Positions 53,567 through 64,000 of a stretch of 64,000 nt of DNA are shown here, piece by piece. The notes beneath the pieces are model-generated. The model was not told the origin of the DNA. It saw nothing but the letters and a program-made list of their open reading frames with translations, and ran no database searches. The translations under genes were made by a program, and so were the position numbers. Every line of letters starts with the position of its first letter. The first letter of the stretch is position 1. The DNA is from Candidatus Poribacteria bacterium. Lineage in GTDB: Bacteria > Poribacteria > WGA-4E > WGA-3G. The DNA is taken from the NCBI GenBank assembly GCA_965197475.1, contig CBDANF010000003.1, positions 800,001 through 864,000 on the forward strand, given 5' to 3'.

Positions 53567-55757
53567 TAGACATTATAATGATTTAAATAACAGGAGTTTC
53601 ATAACGCCAGGGTCTAAAGTTTAGTCGGAAGTTGTGTAAACCACAACAAGTTTCCATAACTAAATCACAAAACCCTTTCTTCCAATTCCTGAGTTTATCT
53701 TTGACAATGCGGCATCTTTTGACACCACTAATCGCATGTTCAACGCGTATGCGTATAGACGCTATCTTTCTATTGTTTTCTTTTTCTTCATTCGTCCGTT
53801 CTCTACCTCTCGGTTTTTTCTTCGGTTGAATGATGTTTATATCCGGGAGGGTGAAACCCTGAAAACCGGTATCTTGGGACAATGTGCTACCCTGTGGCAC
53901 ACAATAGCCCACCATATCGGCTATGTGTTTGTCATGGTGTCTTCCTTCAAAAGAGGGTGTCAATAGGACGACTTTGCAGGTCTCATTGATAATCAGATTA
54001 TTTTTCACTGTATGGCATTTCTTTTCGCAATAAGTCGTTTTGGACTTGGAAGTTTTTATTTTTCAGATTTCTCACGTTATACTTTCGGTGAGAAACTTCT
54101 CAAAGATGTTGGTTTCTCGGTAGTTATATTTATAGCCTGCCTCTGCGAGATACAGGGGCGTGTATCTTGTTGAGTAGTGGTGGTGTTGTCCATACCATGC
54201 CCTCTTGACGAAAGGCCAAAAAGCCTTCCATCGTATTGGTATGGATGTCGCCAGCCTCCCATTTCTCACTACGGTTAAGTGTCTCATGTTTCATTTCCTT
54301 ACCGATTTCGTTGTAGCTTCTATACTGATCGGTAATGAGTTCAGAATCTTCGGTATTGACGAATCTGTTGATGAAGTCGGAGATCGTCTCACCAGTGGCG
54401 TTGGATACGAGTTGTGCGATGGCGTGTCCACCACGTGCGACTGCGCCCAGCACGGCATCTTTAGCGGTGCCGCGTCCGCGTTTACGGGGTTCACCATCCT
54501 CCCGGTCATAGTCTTTGCGACGCTTACCACCGATATAGGTTTCATCTGCTTCAATGACCCCTTGTAGTAGGACATTATCCTTTCCCATCTCTGTGCGTAT
54601 AGCCATCATTAGACACCAAGCAGCTTTCTGTTTCATCCCTAAATCGCGCGCAAGTTGATGGGAGGACAAACTTTTCTTTGCGTTTGCCATGAGAGCGATA
54701 GCGAGAAACCACTTTTGGAGCGGTATCTTCGTGCCGTGAAATATTGTGCCGTGTGTCACCTTGAATGTAGCACGGCAATCGTGGCAGTTCCAGCGTCCGA
54801 CACGCCCAACCTCGTGTTCGTTCCGCCTTCGGACGTTTAGACTTGGACAATGCGGGCATTCTGGCGATTCTTTCCATCGGAGCCGCTCCAGATATTCGAT
54901 GCAATCCTCTTGCGTTGAGAACGTCTTCATCACCTTGATTAAATCCATCAGAAAACACTCCTGTTTTTTGGAGTTGCATTTTTCTGATAGTTTCTGATAC
55001 AATATCAGATAAGTGTGAACCAGAAAAGCAACTCGCTTTTTTGAGTTTCAAATAGGGGGTTGATACCCCCTATTTTCTTACTGATATTATACTATGAAAA
55101 CCCTTTATTTACAAGGGTTTAGCGCACTTTTCCAACTTTTGTCAAGTCCAAAACGACTTATTCCGTTTCTTTTTACCACTATAATACGCCTTTTGAGTTG
55201 ACGGGTCTTTTGGGCGTCGTATCGGGCGTTCGGTGCTATCATGAAAAAAATGTTCTCCTTCTTGATTTTGAGTTGATACTTTTGATGGAGCACATATAGG
55301 GGCGGGGTCTGTTTCCCGAGATGGCAACTCTCCAAGTTCTGCTAATGCTTTGTTCAATATCGATAAAAGCAAGTGAATCCATCTATTAGCAAGAGGTTGA
55401 GACATGCCAAAGAGCGCACCGAATAGCACTTGTTTCGGTGCTTCACGAAGGTAAATCAGTATAAATAGCAACATATCTTCAGGTGTATCAAAACGACTAT
55501 TTTTATACGGTTTATATCTCCGTTTTTTGCGCGGTTTTCCTGCAAGGGTATGTGTTTGAACATACTCTAAAAAACATTTAGTAAAATAAGGTGATAGTTC
55601 AGTCCAATCTTCTAAGGTATATCCGGTGAGGGACAGGAGCGTATCAGGTTTGTCCTTTAGTTCTTGAAAACTTATCATGAGTTAGCCTCCTATTGTCCGA
55701 TTGTAATAAGTATAATAGAGACTAACCAAACGGACAACTAATTAGTTATAATGTCTA
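53567..55757 (-). mobile_element. IS5-like element (HTH + DDE_Tnp_4-type transposase) split by IS1595
   Basis: IRs TAGACATTATAA / TTATAATGTCTA; removing the insert restores YSGKKKCHTVKNN; QDTGFQG, RIRVEHAI. Confidence 0.85.
54026..55165 (-). mobile_element. IS1595-family IS (frameshift near the 3' end)
   Basis: 23-bp IRs CG(C/G)AATAAGTCGTTTTGGACTTG, 8-bp TSD TTTCTTTT, CPHC/CHDC, EADETY, TDQY, HTNTME. Confidence 0.93.
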
Positions 55758-55791
55758 ATATAATCACTTAGAAATGGTATAAGAATTTAAT

Positions 55792-55902
55792 CTGATATTT
55801 CTTACAAAGGTGCAGAACCTAATAACAATCAACACAAATCAGGTATTACGCCATGAATATGCGTTTTCTTTTTGAAATCAGAAGGATTTTGAGAAATATC
55901 AG
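55792..55902. mobile_element. MITE with ends like the IS at 52141
   Basis: CTGATATTT...AAATATCAG. Confidence 0.5.
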
Positions 55903-55955
55903 TAAAGTATAATCACTCGGACACCATTATGAAATAACAGCGCGCCTACAAGTAA

Positions 55956-56045
55956 TACCAAATTAACTTGATCCCACTCGGTAGGCGCGCTTTGTAAGCG
56001 CGCTGCTTGCCCAGAAAAAATAAGACTAATCCCGTTAATTTGGTA
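55956..56045. mobile_element. MITE with TAA target duplication, containing a REP-like hairpin
   Basis: TAA[TACCAAATTAAC...GTTAATTTGGTA]TAA; internal GTAGGCGCGCTTTGTAAGCGCGC. Confidence 0.65.
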
Positions 56046-56111
56046 TAATACCTACGTATTTTAGTTTATTAGTGACGTATTGACGGGCTTAACAAAACCG
56101 TTCTCTCTTCT

Positions 56112-56624
56112 TCATTTTGCATGCCCTATGAGAAGCACTGCAGCAGGCAAAGAGGTTTCCGCAGACTTACCATAAGCCCAATCAATACTTCCAATATCAG
56201 CATCCGTTTCCAACTTATGATATGGCAAATTCCACGCTTTGAGCGTCGGTTCAAGGCAGGTAGCAACGGAGTCAACCCACTTTCCATCAGTGTCACGGTT
56301 GTGATACCCCCGATATCCGATAAACACAACGACAGGCACTTGCATGTTTATAACAGTGCCACGGATCGCATCACCAGATTCCAAGAAGCCTGTATTTTGG
56401 ATGATGATTATAGGCTTTTTACCACCAACATACAATCCTGCTGCGATCGCGAATGCCTCACCTTCGCGGGTTACTGTAATAACCTCAATTTCCTGATCTG
56501 CCCGCAATAGTTCATAAATCCGCGCGCTGCCGTTGTCTGGCACACCAACGGCATGGGTGATATTCTGTTTTTTCAACGCATCTACAATTATTTGTGCTGA
56601 TGCCACAAAACGTTCCTCATTCAT
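56112..56624 (-). CDS. TPP-enzyme N-terminal subunit (sulfopyruvate/phosphonopyruvate decarboxylase alpha-like)
   Basis: GVPD, TREGEAFAIAAG, QNTGF, GYRG. Confidence 0.78.
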   Translation of the reverse strand: MNEERFVASAQIIVDALKKQNITHAVGVPDNGSARIYELLRADQEIEVITVTREGEAFAIAAGLYVGGKKPIIIIQNTGFLESGDAIRGTVINMQVPVVVFIGYRGYHNRDTDGKWVDSVATCLEPTLKAWNLPYHKLETDADIGSIDWAYGKSAETSLPAAVLLIGHAK

Positions 56625-56692
56625 GCAGTTGGGCAGGCACAGTGACCTACCCTTATGAAAATTACTGATAATCCGCTTCTATTTTTCGAAGT

Positions 56693-58636
56693 TTACTGTC
56701 TACCTTCAACCAATGCGTCAACCACTGTCGGATCGGCAAGGGTAGAGGTATCGCCAAGATCAGAAATGTCGCCTTCCGCTATTTTACGCAAAATGCGCCG
56801 CATAATCTTACCTGATCGCGTCTTCGGCAAAGCGGGTGTAAACTGAATCTTATCCGGCGTAGCGATAGGTCCAATGTGTTGCCGCACTGCCTGTTTGATA
56901 CCTGCCGCCACTTCTTCGGAGGCAGATTCACCCGTCATGAGTGTGACATACGCATAGATACCTTGTCCCTTGATGTCATGCGGGTATCCAACAACCGCAG
57001 CTTCCGCAACAGCATCATGCTGCCCGATCGCGCCTTCAACCTCAGCCGTTCCCAACCTATGTCCAGAGACATTCAGCACGTCGTCCACACGACCAGTAAT
57101 CCAGTAATATCCATCTTCATCACGCAGCACACCATCGCCTGTCATGTAATAGCCGGGGAATCGCCGAAAATAGACATCTATAAAGCGTTCATGGTCGCCA
57201 TACACTGTGCGCATGATCCCGGGCCAAGCAGTTTTAATGCAGAGATAGCCGGTCGCAGGATTCCCTTCCACTTCGTTTCCTTCTTCATCTAATATCACAG
57301 GTTCAATACCGAAGAATGGGAACGTTGCGGAGCCGGGCTTCAGCGGAGTCGCCGCGGGTAATGGCGTAATCAGAATTCCGCCTGTTTCGGTCTGCCACCA
57401 TGTATCAACAATCGGACACCGTTTCTCGCCAACTATGTTATAATACCATAACCATTCCGGTTCTTTAATCGGTTCCCCAACTGTTCCAAGCAATCGGAGC
57501 GTAGACCTGTCGTATTTTTCTACCCATGTATCGCCCTCCTTCATCAAGGCACGTAGTGCTGTAGGTGCGGTATAGAAAAGATTAATTTTATGTTTTTCTA
57601 CGACTTGCCAAAATCGTCCAAAATCTGGGTAATTCGGGACACCTTCAAACATAACGCTAATTGCACGATTAGCAAGCGGTCCGTAGATAATGTAAGAATG
57701 CCCGGTAATCCAACCTATATCAGCAGTGCACCAATAGACATCACCTTCATGATAGTCAAAAATCTGTTGATGGGTATAAGAGGTGTATACCATATAACCG
57801 CCCGTAGTATGCAAAACACCTTTCGGTTTTCCTGTTGAACCGGATGTATAAAGAATGAAAAGCGGGTCTTCAGCATTCATTACTACCGGTTCACATTCGG
57901 CATCCGCTGCTGCCATTGCTTCGTGCCACCAAACATCACGTGTAGCGTCAAAATCAACCTCATCACTAGTGCGTTTCACTACGACAACCTTTTCAATAGA
58001 CGGACAATCCGCTACTGCAGCATCGGCGTTTGCCTTCATCGGAATATCGCTTCGGGTGCCACGCATCGCTGTATCTTGTGTTATCAACAGTTTGCATGTC
58101 GAATCGTTAATGCGATCTCGCAGCGATTCTGCTGAAAACGCACCAAAAACGATGGAATGAACGGCACCGATCCTTGCACATGCCAACATCGCAATAGCCA
58201 ATTCTGGCACCATTTGCAAGTAGATACAGACACGGTCACCTTTTTTAACACCTTGTGATTTCAGGACATTGGAAAATTTTTTGACCTCTGCAAGCAGTTC
58301 ACTAAAACTAAATGTCTTATCTTCGGAAGGGTCATTTCCTTCCCAAATAATAGCTGTCTCATCGCCGTGTCCTGCTTCCACGTGCCGATCAAGGCAGTTA
58401 TAACAGGCGTTTAATGTGCCGCCTTCAAACCATTTTATCTGTGCATTTACAAAATCATAATCCCGAACCGTATCCCATTTTTGATACCACGTCAACCTGT
58501 CAGCAATTGTTGCCCAAAAACTTTCTGGGTCTTGAATTGATTCAGCGTATCGTGCCTGATACGCTTCTAAACTGTTGACGTGAGCGTCACCGATTGGATA
58601 GGCAGTCTCCTTCGGTGGAAATATATTGTTAGCCAT
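56693..58636 (-). CDS. acs: Acetyl-CoA synthetase
   Basis: [33 protein letters not shown]. Confidence 0.96.
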   Translation of the reverse strand: MANNIFPPKETAYPIGDAHVNSLEAYQARYAESIQDPESFWATIADRLTWYQKWDTVRDYDFVNAQIKWFEGGTLNACYNCLDRHVEAGHGDETAIIWEGNDPSEDKTFSFSELLAEVKKFSNVLKSQGVKKGDRVCIYLQMVPELAIAMLACARIGAVHSIVFGAFSAESLRDRINDSTCKLLITQDTAMRGTRSDIPMKANADAAVADCPSIEKVVVVKRTSDEVDFDATRDVWWHEAMAAADAECEPVVMNAEDPLFILYTSGSTGKPKGVLHTTGGYMVYTSYTHQQIFDYHEGDVYWCTADIGWITGHSYIIYGPLANRAISVMFEGVPNYPDFGRFWQVVEKHKINLFYTAPTALRALMKEGDTWVEKYDRSTLRLLGTVGEPIKEPEWLWYYNIVGEKRCPIVDTWWQTETGGILITPLPAATPLKPGSATFPFFGIEPVILDEEGNEVEGNPATGYLCIKTAWPGIMRTVYGDHERFIDVYFRRFPGYYMTGDGVLRDEDGYYWITGRVDDVLNVSGHRLGTAEVEGAIGQHDAVAEAAVVGYPHDIKGQGIYAYVTLMTGESASEEVAAGIKQAVRQHIGPIATPDKIQFTPALPKTRSGKIMRRILRKIAEGDISDLGDTSTLADPTVVDALVEGRQ

Positions 58637-58747
58637 CTATTCTCTCCTGTATGAACTTATCTGTGCGTCATTCGGTTGTCTTGAGTTTGATTCCATTTTA
58701 TAGCATAACGGGGAATGTGTCAACACATATAGCTGCAACCCTGTAAC

Positions 58748-59752
58748 TTAAGTTAGATTTTCTTTTAGTTCCGCTAGAGTACTAATAGGTGTCTCGCTTA
58801 TGTTGTCAAACAATAGTGATCGAACTATCTCTGGTGTAGACGACTCATTTGCGATAAATCTGTCGCAAAAATTCAAATATTCTAAGTACTCAAAGTCACG
58901 TGCGGCTGATTGGTCTAAATGTTTCGTATTGTGGATAGTAGCACAGAGTATAAAGTACTCTAGATAACAGATGTACATTGGATATGCTAAATCTGGGTAA
59001 TTTTTCGAGGTGAATCTTTTTTCTTCAATTATTCGATCGCGAAGTTTTTTGACATCCCTTGGAGTAAGATGGAGAAATCCTGTGAAATATTCAATAATTT
59101 GGCCTACCGATCCATTTTCAATTTCTTTCAGTGCTTCTTTAGCAATGTAATCCAGTTCCTGTGTCACATAACCGAGTCCATCTTCCTCTAACATGTGTTT
59201 AAGTTCTTCCTTAGATGGAATTCTGTTATTCGGTCCTTGACGGAATCTTTGAGCTTCTGCGATCTTGCTAATAGTAAGTTTCGCTTTGTTGGAATCTAAT
59301 ACATCAGATTTCATCTGCATTTCGCGCTTGAAATCACTTATTCGGGATTCATAATGTGATATAAGTTCTTCCGGTGAGACTCGCTCCATTGATATAGAAA
59401 TAGATGATATGCAATTCCTTGCAATTTCTCTTGAGGTTAGAATAGTATGAAACTTTACGTCATAAAATGAATTGGGTTGTATCCGTATAGTAGGCGGTAT
59501 ATTGGTATTGCCTTTAATAACTATGGGATTTTTTATTAGTCTTAATCTTTCGCAAAGTATCTTCCTTTGTTTAGGTTCCCTGTTTGGCACAAGACATTCC
59601 ATTACAAATATCCGAGGGCAAAAGACATTATACTTTTCGTTTAGTTTGAGAAGTTCGTCGTTGCTAATAGCTTGGAAAGCACATCTGTCAAACAAGAGAA
59701 GTTTTCTGTCATGTGGGTAATTGTTGCTTTTTATACACTCAACGTGAATCAT
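58748..59752 (-). CDS. Hypothetical AT-rich protein, possibly PIN-like
   Basis: 334-aa ORF; LLLFD near the N-terminus and RDFEYLEYLNFCDRFIANE near the C-terminus. Confidence 0.6.
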   Translation of the reverse strand: MIHVECIKSNNYPHDRKLLLFDRCAFQAISNDELLKLNEKYNVFCPRIFVMECLVPNREPKQRKILCERLRLIKNPIVIKGNTNIPPTIRIQPNSFYDVKFHTILTSREIARNCISSISISMERVSPEELISHYESRISDFKREMQMKSDVLDSNKAKLTISKIAEAQRFRQGPNNRIPSKEELKHMLEEDGLGYVTQELDYIAKEALKEIENGSVGQIIEYFTGFLHLTPRDVKKLRDRIIEEKRFTSKNYPDLAYPMYICYLEYFILCATIHNTKHLDQSAARDFEYLEYLNFCDRFIANESSTPEIVRSLLFDNISETPISTLAELKENLT

Positions 59753-59942
59753 GTTACTTGCCTTTTTTACAATAACTTTGACACACTAATACGTTGGTGA
59801 GAAAATTTTTAACATACAGTTTCGTTTTGGTGTATCTTGAAAATGGAAACATGATTTGAGATAGACCTTAGAAAAGACTTGGTTTAGTGGTTCACTCGCT
59901 AAACATTTATCATATAGAGAACGGACGGAATAGATCCAAAAG

Positions 59943-59975
59943 TCCCTCCCCCTTGATAAGGGGGGTAGGGGGGTT
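59943..59975. repeat. C/G-run REP-like hairpin
   Basis: CCCTCCCCTTGATAAGGGGGGTAGGGGGG; related CCCCCTTATCAGGGGG near 27118. Confidence 0.45.
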
Positions 59976-60015
59976 GGAAATTTAGGGATTTCAAAACATA
60001 GAATACTGAAATTAC

Positions 60016-60531
60016 TTAGCGAGTCAACCATTTAGTGACAAGAATCCCATATTCTGTACATTTTTCGATGACCACCTTTTCATTTTTGCAGTTTTCCAAA
60101 ATGAAGTAATTTTCTTTCAAATCCGCTATTTTGTTAATTGAAATACTCTGTTGATTAAGGTGTTCTATGAGAATGGTAGGAACAAAATAAAGTTCGTAGG
60201 TGTTATCGTCTACGGGATGAATTCCAATGACAACGTCTGAGGTTGCAGTGGATTGTCTGTATGTTTTAACACCCGACTTATACTCCCTATCAACTCCACC
60301 TCTTGCACCACCAGTAAAAGAAACGGAATTTTTGGCAGTTTTAACTTGGGCACGGATAATGTCTTCAGTATCATCATCTTCCTTACGCACGATGATAATG
60401 TCGTAAGGTGATAAAGGCAAATCAACCAAAGAAACGTTTTGATATTTTTTCATCAGAATTCCGGCCACAATGTGCTCATGAGCAAATCCGTCTACTGAAG
60501 CCTGTCTACCTCTTTCTTCTGAGTTAGCCAT
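60016..60531 (-). CDS. PD-(D/E)XK restriction endonuclease-like protein
   Basis: GFAHEH, PYDII, RAQVKTA; co-oriented directly after a methyltransferase. Confidence 0.72.
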   Translation of the reverse strand: MANSEERGRQASVDGFAHEHIVAGILMKKYQNVSLVDLPLSPYDIIIVRKEDDDTEDIIRAQVKTAKNSVSFTGGARGGVDREYKSGVKTYRQSTATSDVVIGIHPVDDNTYELYFVPTILIEHLNQQSISINKIADLKENYFILENCKNEKVVIEKCTEYGILVTKWLTR

Positions 60532-60548
60532 GTCCTACCTCTGTCCGT

Positions 60549-61841
60549 TTATTTTTTGAGAACTAAAATCCAATCGGTGTTGATACGTTCTTCTCTTGGA
60601 ACCTTGATGAAATGTTTGATAATCTCCGAACCGAAATAGGTTTCAATTTCAAATCCAATTTCTTCTGCAATCGGCATCAGGTACTTCCAATTCTCAAATA
60701 ACTGCCCGCGAATTCGATTATTGCCAACGACAACGATGTACCTACCATCTTTGCGCAATACCTTGTAAACTTCGGCAAGGTTTTTTCGCATATCGTCAAG
60801 ATATTTGAAGGCGATGTATGCACGCCTCGGATCCGCTTCAAAAATGTTAGCCATCACTTTGTCCGCCTCTGGCACTCCTATTTCGTGTCGGTTTTTGTAA
60901 TTGCTGGCAGATACACTCTCCGTACCGACGTTCTGTTTCTTCAAAGCAGTTAATGAGTCCTGTGCGAAACCGAGCCAATACATCTCCAATTGATGGGTCC
61001 TCGGATAGTCAACGGCATTGACATACGGCGGAGAGGTTACCGCGAGATCGAAAAAATTATCCTCATACCTGATATTCCGGGCATCCATATCTTCTGGAAA
61101 ATCAACGGTAATGTCAGTCGGATAGTTTTGGGAAAACGCAATCATTTTCGGCACTTTGGTGAGAACTGTTTTTGCGAATCGGTTCAACGCATCGGAAGGC
61201 TTTACCAATTTGTTCAATTTCTTTCGAATCACTGTCCGTGTGCAATTATCATCGGCGTTGGAAACAGAACGGATAATAGACGAAAGGCAGACTTTGTAAA
61301 AATCTTTTATCTCACCGTTGGTGTCAAGTTGTTGGATCTGTTTCCTTAAATAGGATAACTCATAGAGGATTTCTGTGTTAAACCAGTTGTCTCTATAAGG
61401 AAAATTCGGTAAGTCGGATTCGGTAACCTGTGAGGAGTCGTAATTGAGGATAGCCTCCATAAGCGATTTTTGCGCAGACTTAAGTTCTCTTTCTGGCAAA
61501 GGGGTTACCTTCACTTTTGAAATAAAACGAGAAAATGGGTCAACATCTATTCCAACAGAGTTACGCTTAGAGAGAAGTGCCTCAACATTTGTTGTGCCGC
61601 TCCCAGCAAACGGATCCAAGATTAGTGCGTGTTCATGAGAATACCGTTTGATGAGCCAACGCGGTAATTCTGGAAAAAATTTGGCGGGGTACTTATGTAA
61701 GCCGTGCGTTAGCAGACTTTGGTCGTGACTGATAAATAGAAACCTATCTCCTTCTTTTGCAGGCAAGTCAACAGGAATATCCCCATCTACCCGAACAATA
61801 TTTTCGCCAAAGCCGTTTATAATTTCAGTTACGTTGTTCAT
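60549..61841 (-). CDS. DNA amino-methyltransferase, probably N4-cytosine
   Basis: HKYPAKF, DPFAGSGTT preceding TSPPY. Confidence 0.9.
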   Translation of the reverse strand: MNNVTEIINGFGENIVRVDGDIPVDLPAKEGDRFLFISHDQSLLTHGLHKYPAKFFPELPRWLIKRYSHEHALILDPFAGSGTTNVEALLSKRNSVGIDVDPFSRFISKVKVTPLPERELKSAQKSLMEAILNYDSSQVTESDLPNFPYRDNWFNTEILYELSYLRKQIQQLDTNGEIKDFYKVCLSSIIRSVSNADDNCTRTVIRKKLNKLVKPSDALNRFAKTVLTKVPKMIAFSQNYPTDITVDFPEDMDARNIRYEDNFFDLAVTSPPYVNAVDYPRTHQLEMYWLGFAQDSLTALKKQNVGTESVSASNYKNRHEIGVPEADKVMANIFEADPRRAYIAFKYLDDMRKNLAEVYKVLRKDGRYIVVVGNNRIRGQLFENWKYLMPIAEEIGFEIETYFGSEIIKHFIKVPREERINTDWILVLKK

Positions 61842-61912
61842 CGTTTCTTTCTTGAATCTGTCAACAAAAAGGTTGTGCCTTTGGGCATCTGTTCCATTTT
61901 TCTAATATTTTA

Positions 61913-62137
61913 CTATACTTTGGACAATTTATAGAGTTCTTGAGTGATAGTCAAGGTCAATAGAAACACCTTAGACATCAATATAAGATTTATTGATACA
62001 CATATCGCCCCGCTGGGGCTGCCTTTGCTGAACCTATAATAGTTTTCTGTGGGTTACAACTTTGCACAAAACTCGTAGAAAAATAGAAAGGACTTGAGAA
62101 CACAACATGAAACAGACAGAAATTGTCCAAACTTTAG
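61913..62137. mobile_element. MITE, shorter form of 40401-40834
   Basis: Same ends and interior; one REP unit ATCGCCCCGCTGGGGCT. Confidence 0.8.
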
Positions 62138-62199
62138 AATATTTCAATTGTAGCACAATTACTACATAGATGCAAGAACTCGTCAAAGCGTCACGAAAT

Positions 62200-62264
62200 A
62201 AATACGACCTATTTAGTAAGGTATACCATAATTATTTGACTTTTTTCGTAAGATATATTATAAT
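62200..62264 (+). promoter_or_regulatory. Rrf2-type operator and sigma70 promoter
   Basis: AAATACGACCTATTTAGTAAGGTAT (62200-62224) resembles IscR type-1 sites; TTGACT-N17-TATAAT (62236-62264). Confidence 0.55.
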
Positions 62265-62309
62265 TGTAGTAACCTGAATAGGTTGATATAAAAAAGGAGG
62301 GGGGGTCAG

Positions 62310-62747
62310 ATGCAGTTGTCCGCTAAGTTGAAATATGCAGTTTGTGCGATGTTAGAACTCGGTCTGCAATATCGTAAAGAATTCGTTTCGGTCACAGTGT
62401 TGGCGGAAAAACGTTGTATTCCAGGTCCGTTTTTGGAAAAACTTCTGTTACAACTAAAACATGCTGGGTTGACGACGAGTCGGCGTGGTCCTGAGGGTGG
62501 ATATAGTTTAGCACTGGCACCGGAAAAAATCCGGATAGGGGATATTTTTACTGCTTTAGAAGGCCCCGTCAATTTTACTGAGGGGTTTGAAGCACAGGAA
62601 TCGTATGAATTAGTTCCGTTTTTTGCGGAAATTGAGGAAAATGTCCGTGATGCATTAAACACAAAAACCCTGCATGAGCTCTGTTGCCATGCACGAAAAT
62701 ATAAAAAGTTATCGCAACCGACACATTCGCATCCATTCTTTATATGA
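62310..62747 (+). CDS. Rrf2-family regulator (CymR/IscR-like)
   Basis: FLEKLLLQLKHAGL..SRRGPEGGYSLA, ALEGP. Confidence 0.92.
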   Translation: MQLSAKLKYAVCAMLELGLQYRKEFVSVTVLAEKRCIPGPFLEKLLLQLKHAGLTTSRRGPEGGYSLALAPEKIRIGDIFTALEGPVNFTEGFEAQESYELVPFFAEIEENVRDALNTKTLHELCCHARKYKKLSQPTHSHPFFI

Positions 62748-62748
62748 A

Positions 62749-63699
62749 ATGAAAATCGCGAAAAACCTGACAAAACTTATCGGGAATACGCCGATGGTCC
62801 GGCTGAACGCACTGCCAGGTAAAGAGGATGCGACGATCTTTGCAAAGTTGGAATCCTACAATCCTGGCGGTAGCATCAAAGATCGCATTAGTTACGGAAT
62901 GGTAGTTGATGCAGAGGATCGCGGCATACTAAAACCGGGGGATACCATCGTTGAACCGACAGCAGGCAACACAGGGATCGGTCTCTCTATTGTTGGGGTT
63001 GCACGCGGTTATCGTGTAATTTTGACAATGCCGGAGTACGTTAGCAGCGAAAAATATGCACTCCTTTCTGCTTTTGGCGCGGAAATTGTGCTTACGCCGG
63101 AACACGGCGGTATGGCAAGCGCAATTTGGGAAGCAGAGGAAATTCTTCGACGAAATTCGCGACACTATATGCCGAACCAATTTACGAATCCCACAAACCC
63201 ACAGATTCACCGAGAGACAACTGCTGTTGAAATTCTGGAGTCCGTAGGAAGTAAAATAGATTTTTTGGTTATTGGGGTAGGAACAGGTGGAACGTTAACG
63301 GGCGTTGGTGAAGTGCTTAAGGCGCAGAATCCAAAAACCAAGGTTGTCGCTGTAGAACCCCTTGTTTCATCAGTACTTTCGGGCGGAGTGCCCGGACCTA
63401 CGCGAATAGATGGACTCGGGGCAGGAATGGTGCCAGAGGTGTTGAATGTGGACATCATTGATGATGTGATTGCGGTTTCTGAAGAGGTGGCGTATCAAAC
63501 CATGAAAGATATCTCAAAAAATGAAGGTTTGTTGGTCGGAATGTCGTCCGGTGCAAATGTGCATGCAGCATTGCAGGTCGCTAAAGCACAGGGACCAGAT
63601 AAAACTGTCGTCACAATTCTTCCAGATACAGGTGAACGTTACTTCAGTTTGAGTCGTTATTTTGAAATTGAATCCGATATTATGGAAACACTACCTTAA
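62749..63699 (+). CDS. cysK: Cysteine synthase A
   Basis: IGNTPMVRL, NPGGSIKDR, EPTAGNTG, GVGTGGT, PDTGERY. Confidence 0.93.
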   Translation: MKIAKNLTKLIGNTPMVRLNALPGKEDATIFAKLESYNPGGSIKDRISYGMVVDAEDRGILKPGDTIVEPTAGNTGIGLSIVGVARGYRVILTMPEYVSSEKYALLSAFGAEIVLTPEHGGMASAIWEAEEILRRNSRHYMPNQFTNPTNPQIHRETTAVEILESVGSKIDFLVIGVGTGGTLTGVGEVLKAQNPKTKVVAVEPLVSSVLSGGVPGPTRIDGLGAGMVPEVLNVDIIDDVIAVSEEVAYQTMKDISKNEGLLVGMSSGANVHAALQVAKAQGPDKTVVTILPDTGERYFSLSRYFEIESDIMETLP

Positions 63700-63727
63700 A
63701 GGGAGTCTAAGTAGGAAAATAAGCGGA

Positions 63728-64000
63728 ATGACATTTCGAATTCAAAATGCTTCAATGATGAAATTGAAGCAGCAGATCAGTTTAACAGAGAATCCACAAG
63801 AAATCCTTTTCTCTCTTTTCAAACAGTTCAAAGATCGGGCAGCAATTGTCACAAGTGGTCAGTTGTCGGGCATGGTTCAGATCCATCTTGCCGCTGAAAA
63901 CAAACTACCATTTCGGGTATGTACGATTGACACGTTCCGCCTCTTTCCAGAAACATACACGTTTTTTGAACAAGTTGAAAAACGCTACGGTATTCAGATT
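63728..64000 (+). CDS. cysH: PAPS/APS reductase, 3'-partial
   Basis: Own translation ...IVTSGQLSGMVQIHLA...TIDTFRLFPETYTFFEQVEKRYGIQI; follows cysK. Confidence 0.75.
   Translation, partial: MTFRIQNASMMKLKQQISLTENPQEILFSLFKQFKDRAAIVTSGQLSGMVQIHLAAENKLPFRVCTIDTFRLFPETYTFFEQVEKRYGIQI

Noticed and set aside
1-64000. tRNA/rRNA genes and the many short overlapping ORFs in the track
   Set aside because: No RNA-gene signatures recognised; the short ORFs are antisense or off-frame shadows of well-supported genes

Overview
Bacterial chromosome segment whose gene content (three PhyH-family dioxygenases, a sulfatase, Gfo/Idh/MocA oxidoreductases, an LRR-dockerin cytochrome, a 2999-aa TPR protein, dense REP/MITE repeats) resembles the sponge symbiont Candidatus Poribacteria. 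That assignment is inferred, not tested. 1-36 kb is mostly catabolic genes, a sigma factor/STAS pair, a CoxMSL-type molybdo-hydroxylase cluster and the giant TPR gene. 36.5-56 kb is heavily rearranged and IS-rich (IS3, IS630, IS982, IS701-like, IS5-like with nested IS1595, several MITEs) and also holds glnS (frameshifted) and gltX. 56-64 kb has acs, a type II-like R-M pair and an Rrf2-cysK-cysH operon. The strongest candidate for an undescribed system is a ~2.0 kb element (45190-47193). It has perfect 13-bp inverted ends, encodes only two paralogous DUF1670-like HTH proteins with no recognisable transposase, and carries a near-consensus outward promoter ahead of a structured ~125-nt non-coding tract. 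All family assignments come from reading motifs by eye; no searches were run.
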